64,000 nt of DNA from Heterodontus francisci. Its lineage: Eukaryota. Below the pieces are notes generated by a model. The model saw only the letters and a list, made by a program, of their open reading frames with translations, had not been told where the DNA came from and ran no database searches. Shown here one piece after another: positions 24,046 through 36,210 of this stretch. The number at the start of each line of letters is the position of its first letter. Within the stretch, counting starts at the first letter, position 1. The position numbers and the translations under genes are program-made. Location of the stretch: the NCBI RefSeq assembly GCF_036365525.1, contig NC_090402.1:8707079-8771078 (forward strand), written 5' to 3'.

Positions 24046-24619
24046 TGGCATCTCTGTGCCTGATCTTGAGGAAGTGGCATAACATTGATAAAGTGGCTGG
24101 TCCCACTCCGCATGAATGTGCTCATGAGGCAGGAATAAAAAAGCAGCCACATCCCATGAGGATTGCTCCGGGACAAACATGGGAAAATTCCATGGGACTC
24201 AAAACATTTTCAACAGTGTTTGCATATTGCACACAGGCACATGATTTGCAATGCTTGTTAGCAAAGCCCAATATATTTATAAACAAGCAGATTAGGACCA
24301 AGTCTGATAGTACTGGAATGTAGCAAGACTTGGTGAATTGTTACATTCTGGAGGCAAAGGTTACAAAGCTACACAAAAAAAAAACTCCACCAGGTCTAAA
24401 GACTTAAATGGAAACTTTTCTGCTGACTCAGGTTTGTAAAGACGCCATAGCCATCAAAAGGTAATTGGGTTCGTTGTGGAAAGAGACAGGAGATGCTGGA
24501 AGGAGCACCTCTTTATGGAGAGGCCTTTCCCCCAATGTGTGTGGTTTGAAGAACTTAATTCAAACACAAACAGAAGTGTGTTTGTCCCCCTTTAAAAGAA
24601 TCCCAAGCCACATGAAAGA

Positions 24620-25010
24620 AGGAACTTGCATTTCTATAGCTCCTTTCACATCCTTGGGATGTCACTTAAAGCTTTACAACTAATGAAGTACTTTTGAAGT
24701 GTGGTCATTGTCGTTATGTAGGAAACACGGGAGCCAATTTGCGCACAGCAAGCTCCTACAAACAGCAAATTCAATGATGTTGCTTGAGGGACAAATATTG
24801 GCCAGAACACCAGGGAGAACTCCCCTGCTCTTTTTAGTGTCATGGGATCGCTCACCTCGAGAGGGCCTACGGGGCCTCGGTTTATCGACTCATCCAAAAG
24901 ACAACATCTCTGGCAGTGCAGCACTCCCTTAGTACTGCATTGGAGGGCCAACCTGGATTTTGTGCTCAGATCTTTGGGATGTGACTTGAACCCACAACCT
25001 TCTGATTTAT
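24620..25010 (-). mobile_element. SacSINE1-like SINE
   Basis: Reverse complement of the 18348-18775 family. Confidence 0.85.
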
Positions 25011-25039
25011 ACATGAATGATACCCAACTGAAGCACTAG

Positions 25040-25640
25040 TGGGATAAAATTGAAAAGAGAAGTTTTATTAAACTTGTATCGAACCGCTGGTTATACTGCC
25101 CTGGGAATACTGTGAACAGTTCAGATCTTCATATTATAAAAGAGGTATAAAGGCACAGGGGAGGAGACAAAACTGATTTACAGGAATGATACTAGAACTG
25201 AGAGGTTATACCATCAGGAAAGATTGAACAGTCTGGGGCTCTTTTTTCTAGAAAAGAGAAGACTGAAGGGTGACCTGATAGAGATATTTAAAATCATGCA
25301 GGGTTTCAATAGTGTAAATGTAGAGATGTTCGCACTTGTTGGGGAGGCCAGAACTAGGGGCCATGAATATATGATAGTCATTAATAAATCCAATAGGGAA
25401 TTCAGGAGAAACTTCTTTCCCCAGAGAGTGGCGAGAATGTGGAACTCGCTATTGCAAGGACTAGTTGAGGCAAATAGCATAGATACATTTAAAGGGAAGC
25501 TGGATAAGCACTGGAGGGAGAAAGGAATAGAAGGATTTGTTGATAGGGTGAGATGAAGTAGGGTGGGAGGAGACTCGTGTGGAGCATTAACACTGGCACA
25601 GACCTGTTGGGCCGAATGGCCTGTTTCTGTGCTGTAGATT
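25040..25640 (+). mobile_element. CR1 3' fragment
   Basis: LGLFFLEKRRLKGDLIEIFKIMQG...NFFPQRVARMWNSL. Confidence 0.88.
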
Positions 25641-25671
25641 TGGCACAACTCAATATAAAGCACTTTGGAAT

Positions 25672-25847
25672 GAGAGCATAAAGTGCCAGAAATACTCAGC
25701 ATGTCTGGCAGCATCGGTTTAGACAGAAACAGAGTTAACATTTCAGGTCTGTGACCTTTCATCAGAACACTGATACTAATACTGCTGAGTATTTCCAGCA
25801 CTTTCTGTTCTCACTTCAGAGTTGCAGCATCCACAGAATTTTGCTCT
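25672..25847. mobile_element. Penelope-derived short element with inverted ends and 18-bp flanking direct repeat
   Basis: TATAAAGCACTTTGGAAT at 25654-25671 and 25848-25865. Confidence 0.85.
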
Positions 25848-27464
25848 TATAAAGCACTTTGGAATTTGTAATATGGCGCTATAGAAATGCAAGTCTTGTC
25901 TCTCTTTTAGCTAAGGGACATTGCAACTTTTCCCACCAGCATCCCAGTACATTGTGGGATTTTAAATATTTTCTCCAAATCTCTGAGCTCTCAGCAATCT
26001 GTAAGAGTCTTGTTCCCATTAGTCGCCTCTGGCTATACTCCCAGTTTCCCACCAATGATGCCCTTTTATTTCATCAATGCAACTTATATACTCCATTGTA
26101 ACAACTCGGCCACGTTACATTTGAGATATCATGAGCAAAGCACTACCCCACAATTCGGTACAGGGGAGGTGAGGGAGAGAACTGAAGGTATCAGAGCTTC
26201 TTCTGGTCCAGTGCTATGCACTGGCCAATGAACCATCGCTAAGAATGTAGTTCTGATGAAAGGTTATCAACCAGAGTATTTTCTGTTTCAGTTTTGACAG
26301 AGCGCGGATAATGTGTACCCTGAGAAGCGGCTTCAGAATGCAGCATAGTGAAATAGAACGTGGAGTGTCGACAAGAGGATTAATCCAGCAGTAAATCTAT
26401 TTATGTTATTCTATTTGTGAATTAATCCCAGCAAAAGCTGTGCCAGCAGCAATTACTTTATCCTTTTGCAGATTAAGGACACCAAATATGCACCACTGGA
26501 GGGGAGGTTTACAGCATTGTGACCATGTTCAACCTCAGAACCTGCACAGCATTCTGCTCTTACCACTTGAACGCATTAGTTTTCAAAAGTTATGCTTCAA
26601 TGAAACCATTATACTAGTAAAAGGTTGTAAAAAAATGTTTCACTAGGGTCAGAAATAGGATAAAGTTTGCAATAAAGTAACTTACAGCTTAACACCTTAT
26701 CGGCTGTTGAATTTTACAGCACCAATACCTCAGCTAGCTAAATTTTACATTAAAATACTAGACTAACACAGCATTCTAAAAACCTGCGAGCAGCAAATAC
26801 TGCCTCTAATGCAGAACAAACATCTTTGCTTTTGAAACACTTTGCTGAAGGCGTTCAGCAGGTTGCAAAAGAAAAAGAGCTCCTTTAAATGGGAAAGAAA
26901 TATAAACAATGATAACAATTGCTGACCTTTGTGATTTTGGAACAGATTTGTCTTTTGCCTAACTTGCATTAAAAGTGCACAAAACAAAGAGATTGTGTGC
27001 TGGACACCTAGGCAATGGTGATAGCAAAACCCTGATCACTTTGTCAACTACTTTTGGGTTGCGTATTGCAAACACATCTTTCCACGATTGTACATGTATG
27101 GACTTGACAAAAGATTAGTTTGGTACGATTCATTGTCTAGTAAAAATGTAGGAACCCCCGCCCCCACAAGGCGATCTCCACTCTTGCCTCCACGTGTTTC
27201 CTTCCATTCAGAGCCCATGTAGCCAAAATGCATAATGCCAAACAAAGATTAAACAATTCCCTAACCAGTAAGCACTGGATGGCTGCTTACTTCTCAAGTG
27301 CACTTCATTTAATTAAACAGTTAATTGGCTCATTCTCTCAACAATCCAGATATAAAATGCAGTGCAGATATTTTGGATGTTGGTTTTAATACAATGGAAA
27401 TCGGTCATAGCCCTATATGTTTTCTATTTTGCTTTGACGCATTTTAGTGACAAACAATAGCAAC

Positions 27465-27800
27465 TATTTGCATTTATATAGCCCCTGCAACACAGTAAAA
27501 CATCCCAAGGTGCTTCACAGGAGCATAAACAGACCGAAATTGTCACTGAGTGGCACTAAGAGATATTAGAACAGGTGCTGAAAAGCTCCATCGAAGAGGT
27601 AGGTTTTAAGGAGCGTCTTAAAGGAGGAGAGAGAAGTAGAAAAATGGAAAGGCTTCGGGAGGGAATTCCAGAGCTTGGGAACCTGGCAGCTGAAGGCACG
27701 GCCACCAATGGTGGAACAATGAAAATCAGGGATGCACAAGAGGCCGGAATTGGAGGAGCGCAGAGATCTCGGAGTGTTGTAGGGCTGGAGGAGGTTACAG
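27465..27800 (-). mobile_element. L2 3' end
   Basis: CNLLQPYNTPRSLRSSNSGLL...GGRAFSCQVPKLWNSLP...FKTLLKTYLF; tail ttgcatttatatagc. Confidence 0.88.
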
Positions 27801-28184
27801 AACATCAATATACAATCACTCAGGTTGACATTATATGGCATCAAATTACCAACAAGAGCAGTAGTACTGCTGCCCTGACTCATTAACTAACTCAGGTTTA
27901 TGTCTTTGTGCCATAACTAGGTAACTCAGAATAATTGTTATTAATATTTAAACTTCCTAGAGACATTAAAAAAAAATGACATCCTTATTGATCACTACAC
28001 TTCAAATCAGATCCATAGGTCAGCAAATGGCAAGGACACATAATGTGCAACATTTAACATGTATACATCATCACGACATTGACGGATAGAGGCAGCTGGG
28101 CAATCTATAGTTCAATCTCCCTAATTTTTCCCACTAACAAAGGGGAGGAAGATTTAGTGCTGAGCAGTCAAGGTACACCGGAGA

Positions 28185-28580
28185 ACACAAGAACAGAAAA
28201 AATAGGAGCTGGAGTAGGCCATTCAGCCCTTTGAACCTGCTCTGCCATTCAATAAGATCATGTCTGTCTTCTACCTCCATTCTACTTTCCCACCCAATCC
28301 CCATTGCCCAAAAATCTATTGCTCTCACCCTTGAATATACTGAACAACAGAACACCCACAGCTCTCTGGTGTAGAGAATTCCAAAGATTCACAAACCTCT
28401 GAGTGAAGAAATTTCTCCTCATCTCAGTCCTAAATGGCCGACCAATTATCCTGAGACTGTGACCCTTAGTTTAAGACTCTCCAGCCAAAGAAAGCAAACT
28501 CTCAGCATCTACCTTGTCAAGCCTTCCAAAAATGTGAGACGTTTCAATGAGATCACCCGCAATTCTTCTAAACCCGAGAA
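28185..28580 (-). mobile_element. CR1 3' fragment
   Basis: ataggagctggagtaggccattcagccc...agagaattccaaagattcacaa. Confidence 0.82.
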
Positions 28581-30075
28581 TGTGGGCCATTGTACTCAGT
28601 GGCATGGGTTTTGCAGTTAGCAGCGAAGCAAGGGCGCTTACCACTGACCTCGAAGAAAGATGCGCTGAGAGATCTCACGATCTCTATGGTGAGAACTCTA
28701 ACACTCTCAATGTGCAACTGATTGTAGTGTTGTTTAATGGAGAGTCCCAGAATCTCACATCACAGAGTGATGTCATCAATCTATCCAAACAGCCAATCAC
28801 ATTAAAGAATTCTCCCAGACCGCCAACTCAGGAAATAAAAAACACTAAAATCAAATCATTTCACATTTTTTACAGAGAGTGGAATAAAGATTGGGACATA
28901 ATGGGGGATGAAGGTAGAAGCTGAAATATCATGAACAAACACTATAAAAAATTAAAATATTGAGTTTTTAAAAATCTAGTAATTAATCATAATGGAGACA
29001 TTTAATAACATTCCATAAATATAAAATTATATTTCCAGGGCCAGACTGGTTGCTCAGCAGTAGTTATTTCTCAGATCGCAGTTAGAAATGCAGTTACACT
29101 TCATTGAACAAGCCTCTAACACTGATATGAGAGCGGAAAAGGTCAGGTTCTTGCCAGGTTAACTGATTTCACCGATTGCCAGCCCTGGTTCACAGCACAG
29201 CCTGTGACATAGCAGTGAGTGACAGACTGCAACTTCAGGATTTCTGTGTTAATCTGCGCTTGTGCTAAATCCTAAAACTGTGGACAGTTTCAGAAGGGTA
29301 ATGGCGTTAAACTGCCATTCCACTGAAAGAAAAAAGAGGACACAAGGACAAAGTCTTTAGTCCAAATATTTCTCCTTGACTAGAAACTAGCAGGAGACAA
29401 AATCAAGGATTTAAGGAGTTCAAAGGCAAGAAATTACATTCCAAAGATCATTCACCTGCCAAAATAAAACATTTAATAGGTTCTAAAAATTCGCAGGCCT
29501 CAGTCATTTAATAGCATTTCGGAAAGAGAGACTAGTCTGGGAATATCATCCCCCAGCTTTCCTGTAGATAACCCATACTTCAGGGTCAACTACTTCTCCA
29601 ACAGCATCCGGACTCAGACATTATGGCCCCAATTTTAATTGCCTTCCTGCCTGGCAGAATCTGGTCAGGACTGCAGGGTGGGGTGGGGGGGGGGGGGGGG
29701 GGGGGTGGGGGGAGAGGTGGTGGGGGAGCTGGCAGTCAAAATAAGGGCAGTCACAAACCCCCTCTGATCCCACTGCCTTCTCGCCGTGTCTCGATCTGAA
29801 TCTGCTTTTTTTGAGCAGGCAAGCAGGCCACCTTTGGAAGGGAAGAAGGTTCCCACTATATAGCCCCAGATCACGGCCTGACACCCTCCCCATGATCATG
29901 GCCCGATTCCACCCCCGCCCCCCCTTCCCGCTGATCATGGCCAGATGCTCTCCCCCTAATTGTGGTCAATCCCCTCAGGTGGAGTTGGGGTAGGGTCTCC
30001 TAATGGGACATTATTTGTGTTATGGTATTTGTGGTGCTCTAAATATGTGGTCTAATACCCTGTGACACCGGTGCC

Positions 30076-31005
30076 ATTCATCGACAGGATTGCGGCTGCC
30101 TGCAACGAACTTGGCCTAACCATCAGCCTCAAGAAAACGAATATCATGGGACAGGACGTCGGAAATGCTCCATCCATCAATATCGGTGACCACGCTCTGG
30201 AAGTGGTTCGAAGGTTCACCTACCTAGGCTCAACTATCACCAGTAACCCCCTGTCTCTTGATGCAGAAATCAACAAGTGCATGGGAAAGGCGTCTGCTGC
30301 TATGTCCAGACTGGCCAAGAGGGTGTGGGAAAATGGTGCACTGACACAAAAGTCAGTGTATCAAGCCTGTGTCTTCAGTACCTTGCTCTACGGCAGCGAG
30401 GCCTGGACAACGTATGTCAGCCAAGAGCGATGTCTCAACCCATTCCATCTTTGCTGCCTCCGGAGAATCCTTGGCATCAGGTGGCAGGACCGTACCTCCA
30501 ACGCAGAAGTCCTTGAGGCGGCCAACATGCCCAGCATATACACCCGACTGAGCCAGCGGCGCCTGAGATGGCTTGGCCATGTGAGCTACATGGTAGATGG
30601 CAGGACCCCCAAGGACTCATTGTACAGCGAGCTTGTCACTGGTATCAGACCCACCGGCCGTCCATGTCTCCGCTATAAAGACGTCTGCAAACGCGACATG
30701 AAGTCCTGTGACATTGATCACAAGTCGTGGGAGCCAGTTGCCAGTGATCGCCAGAGCTGGCGGGCAACCATAAAGGCGGGGCTAAAGTGTGGCGAGATGA
30801 AGAGACTTAGCAGTTGGCAGGAAAAAAGACAGAAGCGCAAGGAGAGAGCCAACTGTGTAACAGCCCCGACAACCAATTTTATCTGCAGCACCTGTGGAAG
30901 AGTCTGTCACTCTAGAATTGGCCTTTATAGCCACTCCAGGCACTGCTTCACAAACCACTGACCACCTCCAGGCGCTTACCGATTGTCTCTCGAGACAGGG
31001 AGGCA
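30076..31005 (+). mobile_element. RTE-clade LINE, 5'-truncated, with an open 299-aa ORF2 remnant
   Basis: GLTISLKKTNIM, FTYLGSTI, STLLYGSEAWT, RRLRWLGHV, C-terminal CSTCGRVCHSRIGLYSHSRHC; GACACCGGTGCC repeated at 30064-30075 and 31022-31033 (TSD-like). Confidence 0.92.
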
Positions 31006-31139
31006 TGTTCTAGTTCTATAAGACACCGGTGCCCATTGATGAACTAAAAAAAAGGCCCCTATCTGATTCCAGGGTCACATCTGAAAACCTGTATTTGGAA
31101 TGAATGGAAAAAACCCATAAGCCAAGCTTCTCAATGACA

Positions 31140-31938
31140 TCCAATGCTCAATCATTGGCCAACGGTTATTGGATAACAAAGCTGTCACTCATTTAGACAC
31201 CGCCCCTTCCACGTCGCCATGATCTGATTGGCCAGATTCAATGACAAAAGAAAATCCGTTAAGAACTCAAATCCTATTGGTGGATGGTGCTGTCAATCTA
31301 TGTCCAGCCAACGCTCTCCCGCCTAGTGATAAACTATTGGCTAATTTAGCGCACACGCCCACCGAGATCCCCAATTCTAGTGGTCGATGCTGCTGTCAAT
31401 CTGATTCCCGCTCACGTTTCCCCACCCATGCACCGCGTGAGATATTATTGGCTGATACAACGCACACGCCCACGGAAACCACCCCCCCCCCACCAAATCT
31501 AATGGTGGCTGGTGCTGTCAATCTGAATCCCTCCCGCCCAGCTGCCCAACCGGCCGAGAGATTATTGGCTGATTCGGGCACGCGGTCGCAGAGATCTGCG
31601 CTCGGAGTGGTGGATGGAGCTGTCCATCTAAGCGCCGCCGTCCGCCTCCCACCCAACCCCCCGGGAGGTGAGATATTATTGGCTGACCCGGCGCACGCGG
31701 CCTCAGAGATCTGCGACTGGAGTGGTGGACAGCGCTGTCAATCTCAACTGTCCCCGTCTGCCATCATCCCGGGAGCGGAAGGCCGGGATCGTGAGCGGTT
31801 CCCGCCGGACGGCAGCGCACGCGAGACGTGATCGGTCAACCGGCGGCAGGGGGAAAAAAAAACCACCTTTTCTTTTAAAAGTTTAACCGTCAGTTCGGGG
31901 GCCGCTTTTCTCTTCAGTTTGCAGCTGGCCCCCCGGGA
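31140..31938 (+). promoter_or_regulatory. SLC25A25 distal CpG-island promoter and 5' UTR with a tandem TALE-decamer/CCAAT module array
   Basis: CpG-rich 31200-32260; CTGTCA(A/C)TC-type motifs at 31182, 31290, 31393, 31515, 31620 (variant), 31735; ATTGG at 31154, 31168, 31227, 31276, 31336, 31447, 31564, 31678. Confidence 0.85.
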
Positions 31939-32157
31939 ATGAAAGAACGGGCCGGCGCCTCACCCTCGTCCAGCGGCCTCTTGTGCGAGTGCGAGCCGGC
32001 TGACGGTCAGGGCCCGGCGGCCCGGCTGGAGCAAGAGCAGCGGCTGCACCTCCTCTTCCAGCAGCTGGATGTCAACCAGGACGGCGGGCTGTGCGTCAAC
32101 GACCTGGCGGCCGGCCTGCAGCGGCTCGGCGTCTACCGGACCGAGTCCGAGCTGAGG
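31939..32157 (+). CDS. SLC25A25: SCaMC-2 first coding exon, isoform b type (contains EF-hand 1)
   Basis: 73 codons ending LFQQLDVNQDGGLCVNDLAAGLQRLGVYRTESELR, matching recalled human isoform b LFQTLDVNRDGGLCVNDLAVGLRRLGLHRTEGELQ; AGG|GTGAGT phase-0 donor at 32158. Confidence 0.95.
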
Positions 32158-32319
32158 GTGAGTCCAGATATTTCCCTTCGTCAAACCGAGCGGAGGGCAG
32201 GCCTGGGGCCGTGGAGCGAGTGACAGGGGCGGCCCGCTGCTGTGGGCGAGGGGAAGCGACTTAAAATCTAGATCAACGCTTGAAATTTGGATCTAAGGTC
32301 ATCCAGTTGTGGCCAAAGC

Positions 32320-33195
32320 ACCGATCCTCATAAGGAGATGTTAGGACTGGTGGCCAGAGGTTTATTTTAAGGAGCATCTTCAAGATGGAGAGAGGTAGGG
32401 AGGAATTTCCAGAGTTGAAGACCAGGGATCAGTCACACTCTGGAATTTCCTTTCTAAATCTCTCCCTCTGTCCCTCCCTCTTTGACCAAGCAACCTGCCC
32501 TAATATCTCCATGCCTGCCCTCTGTGTCTAATTTTGCTTCATAAAGCTCCTGTGAACTGTCATGTTCTACTCTAAAGGCGCTATATAAATGCAATCCGTC
32601 AAGGCGAGCTCCCCAGCTCCTTGGAGTTGGTGTTGCGGGGTCTTCTGCGCCCTCCCGAGAGGGCGGACTCTGCTTTAACGTCTCGTCCGGAAGACGGCAC
32701 CCATGACCGTGCAGAACACCGTGGAGCGCTGTGAGCAGTTCTGGGCACCACACCTCAGGAAGGGTATATTAGGCTTTGAGGGAGTGCCGCGTAGGTTTAT
32801 CAGAATGGTACCTGGAATTTAGATGGTTAAGGTTGTTTTGATCCCATTAATAACTTGAAAACCAGAGTAACTAGAGAGAAACTATGTTCTGCTGATTGGA
32901 GAGTCTAGGACTAGGGGACATAGCCTAAAAATTAGAGCCAGATCTTTCAGGAGTGAAGTTTGGCAACACTTGCGCGTGCAAAGAGTGGTGGAAGTTTAGA
33001 ATTCTTTTCTGCAAATGGTAATTAATGCTAGATCAATTGTTCGATTTAAATCTGAGGTGAGATTTTTGTTAGCCAATGGTATTAAGGGATTTGGGGCAAA
33101 GGTGGGGATATGGGAGTTCAATCACAGATTAGCCATGATCTTATTGAATTGCGGAACAGGCTTGAGGGGTTAAATGGCCTCCTCCTGCTCCTACC
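32320..33195. mobile_element. Cluster of L2 fragments (both orientations), a SINE fragment and a CR1 3' fragment (+, about 32730-33195)
   Basis: ctctggaatttcc...gcgctatataaatgca; agtctaggactaggggacatagcctaaaaattagagcc; CR1 3' UTR at 33125-33195. Confidence 0.75.
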
Positions 33196-34197
33196 TTCGC
33201 TCCCTCTCTACTGGCAATATTAGCCTGGATTATGCACCTAAGTCTCTACGACTTGATCCTTCTCATCCAGAGTTGATACCATTGAGCCAAGGCTGACCAG
33301 CACAAGGCTGGTTCATTTTGAGGAGGGATGGTTGTAACTGTTCAGTACATTTTAAAAATTAATGTCAAATTGAACATATTGTCCTAGATGGTGGTTCTTG
33401 ATTTTAAGCAGATTGGGTGTTTCGATTGTTTGCAGCTACATAGTCACTTACCCTTTTTTTAAAAATGGATACGGAGTGTACTGTTTGCTGGTGATTACTT
33501 AATACCTATTTTGTCTGAATTGTTAGAGTGGCATTGAATACTCAAAGCCACAAAACAGACTGCTAATTCCTAACAAGTGCCCTCTTCCTTTTTCCAGTGC
33601 CCTTTAGCCTGTTTCAGGATTCAAGTAGATCGTGGTTGATCTGTGCCTCAATCCCATTTACTTGCCTTTGGTCCACATCCCTTGATACCCTTACCTAAAC
33701 AAATCTATCAGTCTTGAAAATTTCAGTTCACCCAGGTCGAGTTTTCCAAATTTCCATTACTGCTAAACGGCCTGGCTTTAATTTCCAGATGTGCCCCCTT
33801 ATTCTGGATTACCCCACCAGAAGAAATTGTTTATGCCCAGTGTTGCTCACTGGGCCTGGACAAAAATAGAGCCAATATCAATTTATTCTGGCTAGGACTT
33901 ATTATTGCTTTTTCTTTGCTCTGAGTTGACATTTTCTACTGCAGTTTCAAAGCTTTCAGCATCAAAATGTTGCAAGTTATTAGAATTTTGAAGTTCCATA
34001 CAGGCACATTTCAGTTGGGTAGTAGGATTCCTTAATGAAATGCGCAATTGACTATGCATCAGGAGCAAAAGCAAAGCCTAAATACTATGGGGTAGGTGGT
34101 ATCTTTAAAAAAGTTACACATTACAATGTTTCAAGTTTACAATAATTTTAAGTCACTTTACAGTAAAGTTTTCCTTTGTAACCCAGAGATGATGTGG

Positions 34198-34330
34198 GTT
34201 TCAAAGAAGGGTCACTGACCCGAAAGGTTAACTCTGTTTCTCTTTCCACAGATGCTGCCAGACCTGTTGAGTAGTTCCAGCATTTCTTGTTTTTATTTCA
34301 GATTTCCAGCATCCGCAGTATTTTGCTTTT
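34198..34330 (+). mobile_element. Penelope-derived pLTR insertion with 9-bp flanking direct repeat
   Basis: ATGATGTGG at 34189-34197 and 34331-34339; gaagggtcactgacccgaaaggttaactctg. Confidence 0.85.
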
Positions 34331-34879
34331 ATGATGTGGCTGCTGTAGTTTTTTGTTTTCTACAGTTTGTCTTATTCGTTATACTTCTAAGCGTTTCTTG
34401 ATTTGATTTAGAAAATCTCATTTTATCACATTTTATTTCTGAGGCTGGTGTCATGTTTTTATCTTATACATTGTTGTTTTTTTTAGCTTGGATTTGGCAA
34501 GGAAGTTCCTAAAATGAAATATAATCACCTTGTAATGTGATGCTAGATATAATTTCAAGCCTGTAATTTCATTCTCTGGTTCAAATGATGGTTATGAAAT
34601 GTTTCAGCTTTGCTCAATTGTTGTCCTGAACAATTGGATAAGATTACAGCCTTGAAGTCACTTGCAGCCATCTATTTCAGTAGTGACTGGCACAGGTTTA
34701 TACTTTATATGGAAGAACTTGGAACAAGGCTGGAGTTTTGTGCTGTTCTGCTATTACATGGCATATCAAAATGCAATTTACTTTCTCAACCCGCATGGTA
34801 TAAAGAGGAATTCTGCAGCCATTGCAGGTAGAACAATGAACATCATTCTGACGCTTTGTCTTGCAAGCCACTTTTTCTT

Positions 34880-35230
34880 ATGCAGTCCCTTGGGATTGAG
34901 GATGACTGCTTCCATCCAGTTGGATGAGTTCTCAGATGGCTGATGAGGATGGCTCCTTAGACAGCACCTTCCAAACCCGCGACCTCTACCACATGAGGGG
35001 CAGGTGGTGCTTAAAGGGTCAGGTAGATGAGTAGTTTGGAGGTTTGTGCGCTCCCTCCGACGCCTCGACTTCACCTCCGCATGTTCCCGACCAAGTCACT
35101 TGGTGTGTACGATGCCTTCCCGAATGAGCTTTCTCCATCTAGGACAGTCACGAGCCAGGGACTCCCATGAGTCAGCAGGGATGTTTGATCTCTTCAGGGA
35201 TGCTTTGAGGACATTTTTAAAGTGTTTCCA
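34880..35230 (-). mobile_element. RTE-like 3' fragment, degenerate
   Basis: KSRRRRERTN...TTCPSCGR on - strand; agggatgctttgaggacatttttaaagtgttt (R-F-K-x-V-L-K-A-S-L-K-like). Confidence 0.6.
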
Positions 35231-35319
35231 CTCTGCTAGTTGTCACTAGGTTTATTTCATTGTCGGGTAGGAAAGGTTGCATGCAACTGAACATGGTGTA
35301 GCATTGTGTGATACTCAGT

Positions 35320-36210
35320 TCAGCGCATCGTTCAGCACCATTCGTGACTCCTCAGATACTGAAGCAGTCCGTGTAGAAATGCAGCAAGACCTGGACAATA
35401 TCCAGGCTTGGGCTGAGAAGTGGCAAGTAACATTCGCGCCACACAAATGCCAGGCAATGACCATCTCCAACAAGAGAGAATCTAACCATCTCCCCTTGAC
35501 ATTTAACAGCATTAACATCGCTGAATCCCCCACTATCAACATCCTAGGGGCTACCATTGACCAGAAACTGAACTGGAGTAGCCATATAAATACCGTGGCT
35601 ACAAGAGCAGGTCAGAGGCTAGGAATCCTGAGGCGAGTAACTCGCCTCCTGACTTCCCAAAGCCTGTCCACCATCTACAAGGCACAAGTCAGGAGTGTGA
35701 TGGAATACTCTCCACTTGTCTGGATGGGTGCAGCTCCAACAACACTCAAGAAGCTCGACACCATCCAGGACAAAGCAGCCCGCTTGATTGGCACCCCATC
35801 TACAAACGTTCACTCCCTCCACCACCGACGCACAGTGGCAGCAGTGTGTACCATCTGCAAGATGCACTGCAGCAATGCACCAAGGCTCCTTAGCACCTTC
35901 CAAACCCGCGACCTCTATCAACTAGAAGGACAAGGGCAGTAAATGCATGGGAACTCCACCACCTGTAAGTTCCCCTCCAAGTCACACACCATCCTGACGT
36001 GGAACTATATCGCCATTCCTTCTCTGTCGCTGGGTCAAAATCCTGGAACTCCCTTCCTAACAGCACTGTGGGCCTACCTACCCCAAATGGATTGCAGCGG
36101 TTCAAGAAGGCAGCTCACCACCACCTTCTCAAGGGCAATTAGGGATGGGCAATAAATGCTGGCCTGGCCAGTGACGCCCACATCCCATGAATGAATTTAA
36201 AAAAAAAAAT
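35320..36210 (+). mobile_element. CR1/L2-group LINE 3' portion (distinct family) whose tail is shared with a SINE
   Basis: QQDLDNIQAWAEKWQVTFAPHKCQAM...ILGATIDQKLNWSSHI...IYKAQVRSVMEYSPLVW; tail aagggcaattagggatgggcaataaatgctggcc...cccatgaatgaatttaaaa. Confidence 0.9.

Noticed and set aside
29677-29726. Long G-run with G-quadruplex potential (also 85-99, 14178-14200, 14322-14336)
   Set aside because: Homopolymer tracts inside repeats, length unreliable in assemblies; no independent support for function
32158-32223. Extension of the 31939 ORF to its stop (94 aa)
   Set aside because: Homology ends at a consensus GTGAGT donor; the rest is intron read-through
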